NCBI GenBank assembly: GCA_036513415.1
Contig: DATBZA010000177.1
Location: 67,203 to 131,202 of the forward strand
Direction of reading: 5' to 3'
DNA from: Myxococcales bacterium
GTDB lineage: Bacteria > Myxococcota > Myxococcia > Myxococcales > 40CM-4-68-19
DNA length: 64,000 nucleotides
Shown piece by piece: positions 32,291-41,311 of this stretch. The position numbers and the translations under genes are program-made. The first letter of the stretch is position 1; each line of letters begins with the position of its first letter. Below the pieces are notes generated by a model. That model ran no database searches and was not told where the DNA came from. It was given only the letters and a program-made list of their open reading frames with translations.

Positions 32291-33605
32291 CGAGCTGCCT
32301 CGGGACCCGGAACACGAGCAAGCTGGCCAGCGTCATCGACGCCGCGATCACGAGCAGCGCCGGGCTGGGGGAACCGGTCCGGTCCTTGATCCACCCCACC
32401 ATGTAGGGCGCGACGAAGCCCGAGATGTTCCCGACCGAGTTCACGAAGGCGATGCCTGCCGCGGCCGCCGCACCGCCCAGGAAGGCGCCGGGCAGGTTCC
32501 AGAACTGCGACACGGTGGTGCAGACGCCGGCCGCTCCGACGGTCAAGAACACCATGGAGAGCAGCGTGTCGTGGCTGAAGGCGGTGCTCAGCGCCAGCCC
32601 GAGCGCGCCCAGGAAGCCGGGGATGGCGAGATGCCACCTGCGCTCGCGCTGGTGGTCCGAGTGGTGGCTGGTCGCGATCATGGCGATGGTGCCCACGCCG
32701 TAGGGGATGGCGGTGAGCAGGCCGACGTCGAGCGGGTCCTTCACGCCGGCGGCCTTGATCAGGGAGGGAAGCCAGAAGCTGACGCCGTAGAGGCCCATGA
32801 GGAAGAGCGCGTAGGTGACGGCCAGCAGCCATACCTTGGGCTCGCTGAACGCGTCTTTCATCGAGTGGTGCTCCTTCTTGCCCGCCTCGGCCTTGACCGC
32901 CTCTTCGAGCACTCGCTTCTCCGGCTCGCTCAGCCACTTTGCCTGCCGGATGCCGTCGGTCAGGTAGAAGAGCGCGACGACGCCGGCCAGGAACGCCGGC
33001 AGGGCTTCGAGCAGGAAGAGCCACTGCCAGCCGCGCCAGCCGTTGACGCCGTGGAAGTGCTGCATGATCCAGCCGGACACCGGGCCGCCGATCACACCCG
33101 AGATGGGAATGCCCGTCAGGAACATCGCCATCACCCGCCCGCGCCGATGCGCCGGGTACCAGTACGTCAAGTACAAGAGGATGCCGGGAATGAACCCGGC
33201 TTCCGCCGCGCCGAGGAAGAAGCGCAGGACGTAGAAGGAAGCGGGCGTCTTCACGAACATCATCACGCCCGCCAGGATCCCCCAGGTGATCATGATGCGC
33301 CCGATCCAGACCCGGGCGCCCACCCGGTACATGATCAAGTTGCTCGGCACCTCGAAGAGGAAGTACCCGATGAAGAAGATGCCCGCGCCGAGCCCATAGA
33401 CGGTCTCGCTGAATTTCAGGTCGCTGAGCATCTGCAGCTTCGCGAACCCGACGTTCACGCGGTCGAGATAGGCGAAGACGTAGCAGGCGAAGAGGAACGG
33501 CAACAGGCGCCAGGTCACCTTCGAGTACGCCACTCCCTCGACGACCCGGCGTTCGCTGTCAGGAATGAGGCCCGGCACCGCGCCGGCCACGGTTGTGCTC
33601 GCCAT
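32280..33605 (-). CDS. MFS transporter, anion:cation symporter (ACS)-like
   Basis: About 441 aa from MASTTVAG (SD gggggatgtg-ATG). Motifs FAYLDRVNVGFAKL and YWYPAHRRGR are typical of ACS-family carboxylate permeases. It is the last gene of the hcm operon. Confidence 0.85.
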   Translation of the reverse strand: MASTTVAGAVPGLIPDSERRVVEGVAYSKVTWRLLPFLFACYVFAYLDRVNVGFAKLQMLSDLKFSETVYGLGAGIFFIGYFLFEVPSNLIMYRVGARVWIGRIMITWGILAGVMMFVKTPASFYVLRFFLGAAEAGFIPGILLYLTYWYPAHRRGRVMAMFLTGIPISGVIGGPVSGWIMQHFHGVNGWRGWQWLFLLEALPAFLAGVVALFYLTDGIRQAKWLSEPEKRVLEEAVKAEAGKKEHHSMKDAFSEPKVWLLAVTYALFLMGLYGVSFWLPSLIKAAGVKDPLDVGLLTAIPYGVGTIAMIATSHHSDHQRERRWHLAIPGFLGALGLALSTAFSHDTLLSMVFLTVGAAGVCTTVSQFWNLPGAFLGGAAAAAGIAFVNSVGNISGFVAPYMVGWIKDRTGSPSPALLVIAASMTLASLLVFRVPRQLVNK

Positions 33606-33619
33606 CACATCCCCCGCTT

Positions 33620-35308
33620 CTAGAAGACCGGATTCTCGCGGTACGTCCCCCACAGCTTCTTCAGCTTCTCGACGATGTCGCCCATGCTGGCGCCCTCCCG
33701 CACCAGCTCGATGGTCACCGGCATGATGTTGGCCGACTCGTCCTTCGCCACCCGCACCAGCTGATCGAGCAGGGCGGAGACCTTGGCGTTGTCGCGCTCC
33801 TTGCGCACGCGCCTGAGGCGGTTGATCTGCCGCTCCGCGGTGGTCTCGTCGTGAGGATGGATCTCGACGTCGAACTTCTCGTCCGGCTCGACGTACTTGT
33901 TGACGCCGATGACGGGCTTCTCGCCGGTCTGCTTCTTGATGGCGGTGTCGTACGCGTAGTCGGCGATGTGCTTCTGGAACCAGCTCTCCTTGATCAACTT
34001 GATGGTGCCGCCGAGCTTGTCCACCTCGTCGATGATCTCGAAGATCTTCTTCTCGTAGTCGTTGGTCAGCGACTCCAGGAAGTACGAGCCGCCGAGCGGG
34101 TCGACGACGTTCGCCGCGTTCGTCTCTTCGGCGATGATCTGCTGCGTGCGCAAGGCGATCTTCATCGCCTCCTCGGTGGGGATGGCGAACGCCTCGTCCA
34201 TGCCATTGGTGTGCAGGCTCTGCGCACCGCCCAGCACGGCGGAGAGCGCCTGGAACGCCGTGCGGACGACGTTGATCTTGTACTGCGGCCGCGTGAGGCT
34301 CGCCGCCGCCGTCTGGCAGTGGAAGCGGAGCCGCATCGACTCCGGGTTCTTGGCGCCGAACCGGTCGCGCATGATCCTCGCATAGGCGCGGCGCACGGCC
34401 CGGAACTTGGCGATCTCCTCGAAGAAGTCGTTCTGGCAGACGAAGAAGAACGCCAGGCGGGGCGCGAACTCGTCCACGTTCATGCCCGTCTTGGTGACTT
34501 CCTCGACGTAGGTGATCAGGTTGCAGAGGGTGAACGCCACCTCGTGCAGCGGAGAAGAGCCGGCTTCCGAGATGTGGTAGCCCGAGATGTTGATCGGGTT
34601 GTACCGCTTCATGTTGCGCGCGCAGTAGGTGATGCAGTCGCGCACGATCCGCACCGACGGATCGATGGGGAAGGTGTACTCCTTCTGCGCCATGTACTCC
34701 TTGAGGATGTCCGCCTGGATGGTCCCCGAGAGCTTGTTCAGATCGAACCCGCGCTTCTCCGCCAGCACCACGTACATGGCGAGCAGGATCCAGGCGCTGG
34801 GATTGATGGTCATGGAGACGGAGATCTTCTCCAGATCGATCCCGTCGAAGAGCGCCTCCATGTCGGCGACGGTGTCGACCGCGACGCCTTCGCGCCCCAC
34901 CTCGCCCTCGGACATTGGATGATCGGAGTCGTAGCCCATCAAGGTGGGCATGTCGAAGTCGACGGAGAGGCCGGTCTGGCCCTGGGAGATGAGGTACTTG
35001 AAGCGCTTGTTGGTGTCCTCGCCGGTCCCGAAGCCCGCGATCTGCCGCATGGTCCAGTGCCGGCTGCGGTACATGGTCGGGTACGGGCCGCGCGTGAAGG
35101 GGAAGCGCCCGGGAAGTCCGACGTCCTCGACCGGGGTGTCCTGGATGTCGAGCACGGTGTAGGTGCGCTTCACCGGGAATCCGCCGCTCGTATAGAACTG
35201 GTCCTTCCTCTCTTTCTGCTTGGCGAGGAAGGACTTCACCTCGCGCTGCTCCCAGTCTTGGACTTCCTTCTGCACGGCCTCGGGGTTGTCCAGCTCGATC
35301 TTGCTCAT
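33620..35308 (-). CDS. hcmA: 2-hydroxyisobutyryl-CoA mutase large (substrate-binding) subunit
   Basis: 562 aa when started at MSKIELD (GGAG 9 nt upstream). Acyl-CoA mutase TIM-barrel motifs (FTRGPYPTMY, GTIQADILKEY). MRQ-I-AGF places Ile at residue 90 and GLSV-D-FD places Asp at 117, the residues I recall as HcmA-specific (MCM has Tyr, ICM has Phe). Confidence 0.8.
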   Translation of the reverse strand: MSKIELDNPEAVQKEVQDWEQREVKSFLAKQKERKDQFYTSGGFPVKRTYTVLDIQDTPVEDVGLPGRFPFTRGPYPTMYRSRHWTMRQIAGFGTGEDTNKRFKYLISQGQTGLSVDFDMPTLMGYDSDHPMSEGEVGREGVAVDTVADMEALFDGIDLEKISVSMTINPSAWILLAMYVVLAEKRGFDLNKLSGTIQADILKEYMAQKEYTFPIDPSVRIVRDCITYCARNMKRYNPINISGYHISEAGSSPLHEVAFTLCNLITYVEEVTKTGMNVDEFAPRLAFFFVCQNDFFEEIAKFRAVRRAYARIMRDRFGAKNPESMRLRFHCQTAAASLTRPQYKINVVRTAFQALSAVLGGAQSLHTNGMDEAFAIPTEEAMKIALRTQQIIAEETNAANVVDPLGGSYFLESLTNDYEKKIFEIIDEVDKLGGTIKLIKESWFQKHIADYAYDTAIKKQTGEKPVIGVNKYVEPDEKFDVEIHPHDETTAERQINRLRRVRKERDNAKVSALLDQLVRVAKDESANIMPVTIELVREGASMGDIVEKLKKLWGTYRENPVF

Positions 35309-35312
35309 GGGG

Positions 35313-36272
35313 TCAGGCTCCGATTCCTTCAATCAGTTGCTCACCGGCGGTGTACGGGTTGATCTCGCGCGACACGAGGCGGTCAGCCAGGGCGCGGACG
35401 CGGCCGGCGCTGCGCTCCTGGAAGCGGATGCGCAGCAGGTCCTCGGCCGTCTTCAGCATGCGGAACTCGGCGATCTTGCGGCTCCGGGCGCGCCCGGCCT
35501 CGGAGGTCTCGAGGAACGCCTTGTGCTTCTCCAGAGCGGAGACGAGCTCCTCGAATCCCTCGCCCTTCATCGAGCTGGTGGCGACGACCGGGGGCCGCCA
35601 CGCCGAGCTCGAATCGAGCGAGATGCCCAGCGCCAGCATCTGCTTGAGGTCGCTGATGGTGCTGCGCGCGTCGGGGCGATCGCTCTTGCTCACCACGTGG
35701 ATGTCGGCGATCTCGAGGATCCCCGCCTTGATGGCCTGGATCTCGTCGCCCAGGCCCGGGGCGGAGACGACCAGCGTGGTGTGCGAAGCGCTGGCGACTT
35801 CCACCTCGTCCTGCCCGACGCCGACGGTCTCGATCAGGATGTAGTCGTAGCCGGCGACGTCCAGGATGTCGACGGAGTCGAGGGTCGCCCGGGCCATGCC
35901 GCCGAGGGCGCCGCGGGTCGCCATGCTGCGGATGTACACGCCTTCGTCCCCCGCCAGGTCGCTCATGCGGATGCGATCGCCCATGATCGAGCCGCCCGAG
36001 TACGGGCTCGAGGGATCGATGGCGATGATCCCCACCTTGTGCCCGAGCTTGCGCAGGCGACCCGCGAGCACCGAGACCATGGTGGACTTCCCGCTGCCCG
36101 GCACGCCGGTGATGCCGATGACGTGCGACTTGCCGGCGCGCACATACACCTCACCCAGCGTCTCCCGGCACTCGGGATCCGCCGCTTCCGCGCGGCTGAG
36201 CAGCCGCGCGATGGCGGCCACGTCGCCCTCGAGAACACGCGGAAGCAGGTCGCGGGAAGAGACCCTGCTCAT
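35313..36272 (-). CDS. meaB: MeaB/ArgK-type G3E GTPase (mutase chaperone, MeaH-like)
   Basis: 319 aa. P-loop GVPGSGKST, ETVGVGQ and SKSD motifs. ATGA overlap with hcl; 4 nt before hcmA. Confidence 0.88.
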   Translation of the reverse strand: MSRVSSRDLLPRVLEGDVAAIARLLSRAEAADPECRETLGEVYVRAGKSHVIGITGVPGSGKSTMVSVLAGRLRKLGHKVGIIAIDPSSPYSGGSIMGDRIRMSDLAGDEGVYIRSMATRGALGGMARATLDSVDILDVAGYDYILIETVGVGQDEVEVASASHTTLVVSAPGLGDEIQAIKAGILEIADIHVVSKSDRPDARSTISDLKQMLALGISLDSSSAWRPPVVATSSMKGEGFEELVSALEKHKAFLETSEAGRARSRKIAEFRMLKTAEDLLRIRFQERSAGRVRALADRLVSREINPYTAGEQLIEGIGA

Positions 36273-37711
36273 CGCGGAAGGTCCTTCCCTAGCTTCTGGT
36301 TCAGCTCGCGGAAGACCTCGCGATCGTCGACTACGCGGCGCGCCTTGAAGTCGGTGCGTGGGAAGGTGCCGGGTGCCACGACCTCCACGCCTGCGCGCAG
36401 GCCGAGCATGGTGTGGATGCGCTTCGCCACCATCTCCTTGAACGCAGCGAGCTTTCCCTGCTTCTCCACGTCCGACGTCGGCTCGACACGCAGGAGCAGC
36501 TCGTCCATCTTGGCGCCGCTGCGGCTGATGATGATGCGGTGCTCGCCGCCGTAGCCCTCCACCTGATTCAAGGCCGCGTCGATCTCGCTCGGGTACACGT
36601 TCTCGCCGCGAATGGTGAACATGTCGTCGATGCGTCCGAAGATCCCGTTGGGCAGGCGCGGGTAGGTGCGGCCGCACGGATTGGGGTCGTTGGTCCACTG
36701 CGTGAGATCGCCGGAGACCAGCCGGATCATCGGCTGCGAGGTGCGCTCGAGCTGGGTGTACACGGGCGTGCCCCGCTGGCCGTACGGAACGCGGTGGAAG
36801 GTGCCCGGATCGCAGATCTCGGTGTAGACGACGTCCTGCCAGCACAACATGCCGGAGGTCTGCTCCGACCCCGCCACGTTCATCCACGGCGTGATCTCCG
36901 CCATGGACCCGGAGTCGTAGACCTTGGCGTTGTACGACTGCTCGATGCGGTCCTTGACGCCGGGCACCGACGCGCCCGGCTCGCCGGAGAAGAACAACCG
37001 CTTGATTCCGAAGTTCTTCGGATCGAGGCCTTCCTTCTCCGCCACCTCGGCGAGGTAGAGCGCGAACGAGGGCGTCCCGTAGAACGCTTGCGGCTTCATG
37101 GTGTTCATCCACTGCACCGCGCGCGAGGACATGCCGGGCGCGCCTGCGCCGAACGGGAACGCCTTGCAGCCCAGGCGCTCGGAACCGGAGAGCGCGCCCC
37201 AGCTCCCCATGTAGAGGCTGAAGATGGCGGCGACGAACACCATGTCGCCCGGGCGGATGCCCATCCCGTACATGATGCGCGCGTGCGCGTTGGCGATGTT
37301 GCGCCAGTCATTGCACCCGACAGCGAAAGCCGTCGGAATGCCGGTGGTCCCGGAAGTTCCATGAACATGGAACACTTCCGACTCCGGAATGCACAAATAG
37401 TCGCCGAAGGGCCGCACCCGCTCCTGCGCCTTGCGTAGATCGGCCTTCGTGATCACCGGGCACTTCGACTCGAAGTCCTCGAGCGACTTGATCTGGTCGG
37501 GGTGGAAGCCGGCCTCGTCCCACTTCTTGCGGTAGAAGGGCGCCTTCTCATAGGCGTAGCGGCACACCTCGCAGAGGCGCTGCACGATGGCGCGCTCCCG
37601 ATCCCCCGCGGGCATCGTCTCACGCCTGGGGAACCAGTAGCGGCTTCCGGCCTCAGGCCTGTACGTATCGTCGTAGCGCGGCGGCCACGACCAGTATTCC
37701 ATCTCGCTCAT
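36269..37711 (-). CDS. hcl: phenylacetate-CoA-ligase-family enzyme; candidate 2-hydroxyisobutyrate--CoA ligase
   Basis: 480 aa. PaaK-like pattern (FYRKKWDEAGFHPDQIKSLEDF, HGTSGTTGIPT, TPSFALYLAE, CGRTYPRL..GRIDDMFTIRGENVYPSEID), sandwiched between hcmB and meaB. Confidence 0.72.
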   Translation of the reverse strand: MSEMEYWSWPPRYDDTYRPEAGSRYWFPRRETMPAGDRERAIVQRLCEVCRYAYEKAPFYRKKWDEAGFHPDQIKSLEDFESKCPVITKADLRKAQERVRPFGDYLCIPESEVFHVHGTSGTTGIPTAFAVGCNDWRNIANAHARIMYGMGIRPGDMVFVAAIFSLYMGSWGALSGSERLGCKAFPFGAGAPGMSSRAVQWMNTMKPQAFYGTPSFALYLAEVAEKEGLDPKNFGIKRLFFSGEPGASVPGVKDRIEQSYNAKVYDSGSMAEITPWMNVAGSEQTSGMLCWQDVVYTEICDPGTFHRVPYGQRGTPVYTQLERTSQPMIRLVSGDLTQWTNDPNPCGRTYPRLPNGIFGRIDDMFTIRGENVYPSEIDAALNQVEGYGGEHRIIISRSGAKMDELLLRVEPTSDVEKQGKLAAFKEMVAKRIHTMLGLRAGVEVVAPGTFPRTDFKARRVVDDREVFRELNQKLGKDLPR

Positions 37712-37730
37712 TGTGGACCCCCGTTCTGGC

Positions 37731-38138
37731 TTACCTGGGCCCGCGCTCGCGGACCAGGCGGCGTACGGTCTCGACGATCACGTTGGGAGGCGTGTCCTGG
37801 AGCAGGATCTCGGCCACCCCCATCTTCTTCAGCGCGGTCACGTCCTCGTCGGGGATCACTCCTCCGCCGACGAGGATCATGTCGCTCACGCCCCTCTCCT
37901 TGAGGCGCTTCATGATGCGGGGGAAGGCGGTCATGTGGGCGCCCGACAGGAGACTGACCCCGAGCACGTCGACGTCTTCCTGGACAGCGGCGTCGACCAC
38001 CTCTTCCGGAGTGCGGTGCAGTCCGGTGTAGACCACGTCCATGCCTGCATCGCGCAGGCAACGGGAGACGACGCGGACGCCGCGATCGTGCCCGTCCAGT
38101 CCGACCTTCGCCATCAGCACTCGAATGTTCTCGGCCAT
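37731..38138 (-). CDS. hcmB: 2-hydroxyisobutyryl-CoA mutase small (B12-binding) subunit
   Basis: 135 aa with the DxHxxG cobalamin motif (LDGHDRG) and SLLSGAH, GGGVIP. Confidence 0.82.
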   Translation of the reverse strand: MAENIRVLMAKVGLDGHDRGVRVVSRCLRDAGMDVVYTGLHRTPEEVVDAAVQEDVDVLGVSLLSGAHMTAFPRIMKRLKERGVSDMILVGGGVIPDEDVTALKKMGVAEILLQDTPPNVIVETVRRLVRERGPR

Positions 38139-38186
38139 TCAACCTCCGGACGGGGAAAGGGGCGTCCGCTCTGGCGCTCGCTCCGT

Positions 38187-38303
38187 ATGTCGTATGCGAA
38201 ACACGCTACTGACAGATCCGTGGGACCTTGTCAAGCAGGGTAGATGGAAACGCACTGGCGCGGACGCCCCGATTTCTGCTAGATCTCATTTCGCATGCGA
38301 AAT
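38187..38303. promoter_or_regulatory. two related 16-bp operator-like sites in the hcmB/gntR divergent region
   Basis: Perfect palindrome ATTTCGCATGCGAAAT at 38288-38303, overlapping the gntR ATG. A 13/16 match, ATGTCGTATGCGAAAC, lies at 38187-38202, about 50 nt upstream of hcmB. Centres are 101 bp apart. Confidence 0.5.
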
Positions 38304-39056
38304 GCCAGTGTAGACCTCCTGAAGCCCGGCCCGACTTTGATCGAGCAGGCCTACGACGCGATCCTCGCCGCCATCTGCGACGGGAGGCTGGCGCCCGGCG
38401 CCCGCCTCAACCAGGACGGTCTGGCGGCGCGCATGGGCATCTCGCGCCAGCCGGTGGGACAGGCCCTGTCCATCCTCAAGGCCCAGAACTTCGTTCGCGA
38501 CACGGGGCGTCGCGGCATGATCGTCGCGCCGCTCGAGCGCGAGTTCTTCCGCGCCGCGTACGAGCTCCGCGAGGCGCTCGACTCGCTGGCCGCGAGCCTG
38601 GCCGCGCAGCGGTGCACCTCGCGGGACGCCGCCGAGGGACGCAAGCTGATCGCGGAAGGTCGCGAGGCGGCGAAGTCCGGCCGCGTCGACGCGCTGGTCG
38701 AAGCGGACATGGGCTTCCACCTCTGGATCTGCCGCGTCGCCGGCAACCCGCTCCTCGCCGACACGATCCGCCTCTATTGGAACCATCTCCGGCGCGCCAT
38801 GACGCAGGTGTTGCAGAAGCCTGCGCGCCACCGCGAGATCTGGAACGAGCATGAAGCCATCGTGGACGCGATGGCCGCGCACGACTCGGTCGAGGCCTCT
38901 CGCCGGGCCACGTTCCATGCGCGGGAGGCCGGCAAGAACGTCGCCAGGTCGATGCCCGCGGGGCCGGCGGGCATCGGCGCCGCTCGCGGGGTCGTCTCCC
39001 TCTCCGACGAGCCCCCGCGCTCCCCTGCCCCGCGCCGGCGCAAGGCGCTGCCCTAG
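38295..39056 (+). CDS. GntR family transcriptional regulator (FadR/FCD subfamily)
   Basis: 253 aa. Winged-helix region (LNQDGLAARMGISRQPVGQALSILKAQNFV) plus a helical FCD-like C-terminal domain. Confidence 0.88.
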   Translation: MRNASVDLLKPGPTLIEQAYDAILAAICDGRLAPGARLNQDGLAARMGISRQPVGQALSILKAQNFVRDTGRRGMIVAPLEREFFRAAYELREALDSLAASLAAQRCTSRDAAEGRKLIAEGREAAKSGRVDALVEADMGFHLWICRVAGNPLLADTIRLYWNHLRRAMTQVLQKPARHREIWNEHEAIVDAMAAHDSVEASRRATFHAREAGKNVARSMPAGPAGIGAARGVVSLSDEPPRSPAPRRRKALP

Positions 39057-39065
39057 GATGCGCGC

Positions 39066-40787
39066 TTGAACCCGCCCAAGCCCACCGCCAGCTCCGCGGC
39101 CGGCGTGGTGGCGCGCTTTCTCAAAGCGCGGGGCGTCGAGCGCATCTTCGCCCTCTGTGGCGGACACATCATGCCCCTCTGGATGCGCGCCGACGCCGAG
39201 GGGATCCGCATCGTCGACGTGCGCGACGAGCGCGCCGCGGTCCACATGGCGCATGCCCACGCCGAGCTGACCGGCAAGCTCGGGGTCGCGCTCGTCACCG
39301 CGGGCCCCGGCCTCACGAACGCGATCACCGGCATCGCCAACGCCCACGTCTCCAGGGCGCCGGTGCTGGTGCTGTCGGGCGTCGTTCCCACCCCACAAGA
39401 AAACCGCGGCGGGCTGCAGGACATGGTTCACACCGATCTGGTGCGGACCATCACGCGCTACGCGCGCACCGTGCGCGAACCCGCCCTGGTGCTGCAAGAG
39501 CTCGATGAAGCGGTGTCGCGCGCCTTTGGACAGGGCGGCGAGCCCGGCCCCGTCTACCTCGACTTCCCCACCGACACCCTGCGCGCCGAGGTGGCCCTGC
39601 GGGTGCAGCTCGAGGAGCACTTCCGGCCCAAGCCGCCGGCCCTGCTCCTGCCCGATCCGAAGGCCGTCGACGCGGCGGTGGAGCTGCTCTGGTCGGCGCG
39701 GAGGCCGCTGGTGATCACGGGGCGCGGCGCGCGTGGCGCGGGGCCCGAGCTGCGGCGCTTTCTCGACAAGCTCGGCGCGGTCTACCTCGACACCGGCGAG
39801 AGCCGCGGGCTGGTTCCCGACGAGCATCCCTCCGTCGTCGCCGCCACGCGCGGCACGGTGATGACCGAGGCGGACGTGGTCGTCACCGTCGGGCGCCGGC
39901 TCGACTTCCAGCTCGCGTTCGGATCGCCGGCCGTATTCGGCGGAGCGCGATTCGTGCGCATCGCCGATGCGGCTTCCGAGCTGCGCGACAACCGCCGGGG
40001 CGAGGTGGAGCTGTTCGCAAGCCCCGCCGCCGCCCTCGCCGCCCTCTCCAGCGCGGCTTCCGATCGGCCCTCCGCCGTCGACCGGGACTGGGCATCGGGG
40101 CTGCGCAAGCGGCACCTCGAGCGCGCCGAGAAGCTGCGCGCGACCATGGCGAGCACGCCCGACGGCAGCGATGGACGCATGCATCCGAATCGGCTGCTGG
40201 CCGCTCTGCAGGCGAAGCTCCCGCGAGACGCGATCGTGGTCGCCGACGGAGGCGACTTCCTCAGCTTCGCCCGGGTAGGCCTGTCTTCCCGCTCGTACTT
40301 AGACCCCGGCCCGTTCGGCTGCATCGGGGTGGGCGTGCCGTTCGGTATCGCCGCCAGCCTCGCCTTTCCCGATCGGCTGGTGCTGGTGGCCACCGGGGAC
40401 GGCTCCTTCGGATTCAATGCCATCGAGCTGGACACTGCCGTGCGCCACCGCGCTCCGGCGGTGTTCGTGGTGGCGAACAACGGCGCCTGGCAGATCGAGG
40501 TGCACGACCAGGCTTCGACCTACGGGAGGGTCGCCGGCACCCGGCTGCAGTTCGCCGATCATGCGGGCATGGCCCGCGCGTTCGGAATGCACGCGGAGCG
40601 GGTGGAGCGGGCGGAGGACCTGCCCGCCGCGATCGATCGCGCGTTCGTCCGGAGACCTGCGTTGCTCGACGTGGTGGTCACGCCGGAGGCCGTCTCCGCC
40701 GACGCGAAGTCGGGGCTGGCGTGGGTGCCCGATCTCCAACCGCTGGCCGCCTGGGACGACGCCGAACGCGCCTGGCGCCAAGGTTGA
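39066..40787 (+). CDS. thiamine-diphosphate enzyme of the oxalyl-CoA decarboxylase / 2-hydroxyacyl-CoA lyase type
   Basis: 573 aa with a TTG start. ThDP motif GDGSFGFNAIELDT..NNGAW resembles OXC/HACL (GDSAFGFS.MELET) more than acetolactate synthase. The position of the OXC Tyr-Glu dyad reads GGLQDM. Confidence 0.7.
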   Translation: MNPPKPTASSAAGVVARFLKARGVERIFALCGGHIMPLWMRADAEGIRIVDVRDERAAVHMAHAHAELTGKLGVALVTAGPGLTNAITGIANAHVSRAPVLVLSGVVPTPQENRGGLQDMVHTDLVRTITRYARTVREPALVLQELDEAVSRAFGQGGEPGPVYLDFPTDTLRAEVALRVQLEEHFRPKPPALLLPDPKAVDAAVELLWSARRPLVITGRGARGAGPELRRFLDKLGAVYLDTGESRGLVPDEHPSVVAATRGTVMTEADVVVTVGRRLDFQLAFGSPAVFGGARFVRIADAASELRDNRRGEVELFASPAAALAALSSAASDRPSAVDRDWASGLRKRHLERAEKLRATMASTPDGSDGRMHPNRLLAALQAKLPRDAIVVADGGDFLSFARVGLSSRSYLDPGPFGCIGVGVPFGIAASLAFPDRLVLVATGDGSFGFNAIELDTAVRHRAPAVFVVANNGAWQIEVHDQASTYGRVAGTRLQFADHAGMARAFGMHAERVERAEDLPAAIDRAFVRRPALLDVVVTPEAVSADAKSGLAWVPDLQPLAAWDDAERAWRQG

Positions 40788-40796
40788 AATCAGCTG

Positions 40797-41204
40797 AAAT
40801 CGGTCTGAGCGCCGGCTCGACCTCGGACGGCGTCATCGCGGGCATCCAGCGGGGAGCGAAGCTGATTCATGACCGCGGCCTCAAGCTCGTCCAGGCGACG
40901 ATCACCTCGGCCCTGGGCAACAACACGGCCAACCCGATGGCGGACGTTCGACCGCGACAACCGGCGCAAAGTGGTGAACGTCTTCATCCGCGGGGCCGGC
41001 ATCTTCGAGAGCATGGCGGACATGGATGCGGCCACCGTCAACCCATCGACGGGGATGATGCGCGACGAGTTCCTCACCAACAGCACGCTCGGGACCATCG
41101 ACCATCTGCATCCCAACCGGGCCGGTTACCTCTCGATGGCGAAGACGATCGACATCCGCGTGCTCGCCCCGCCGAGCCGCGGCCATCGCGACGACGACGA
41201 CTGA
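40797..41204 (+). pseudogene. SGNH/GDSL hydrolase remnant (5'-truncated and frameshifted)
   Basis: Two frames each carry part of an SGNH-like sequence: GIQRGAKLIHDRGLKLVQATITSALGNN (frame of ORF 40721) and VVNVFIRGAGIF..DHLHPNRAGYLSMAKTI (ORF 40869..41204). The shift is near 40935-40945. No block I (GDS) is present. The patch is lower in GC. Confidence 0.6.
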
Positions 41205-41311
41205 GACCCGGAGCCCACCGTGCCCGAGGCAGCGTTGCCGCCGGTTTCGCATTGATCCGGCGCCGCAACCAAGGGCATGATGCGCCACTCATCAACCAAG
41301 AGGACCCCTCC

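Noticed and set aside
38139-38294. Cobalamin riboswitch expected upstream of a B12-dependent mutase operon
   Set aside because: I could not find a B12-box-like element or an extended conserved fold. The region is short and better explained by protein operator palindromes.
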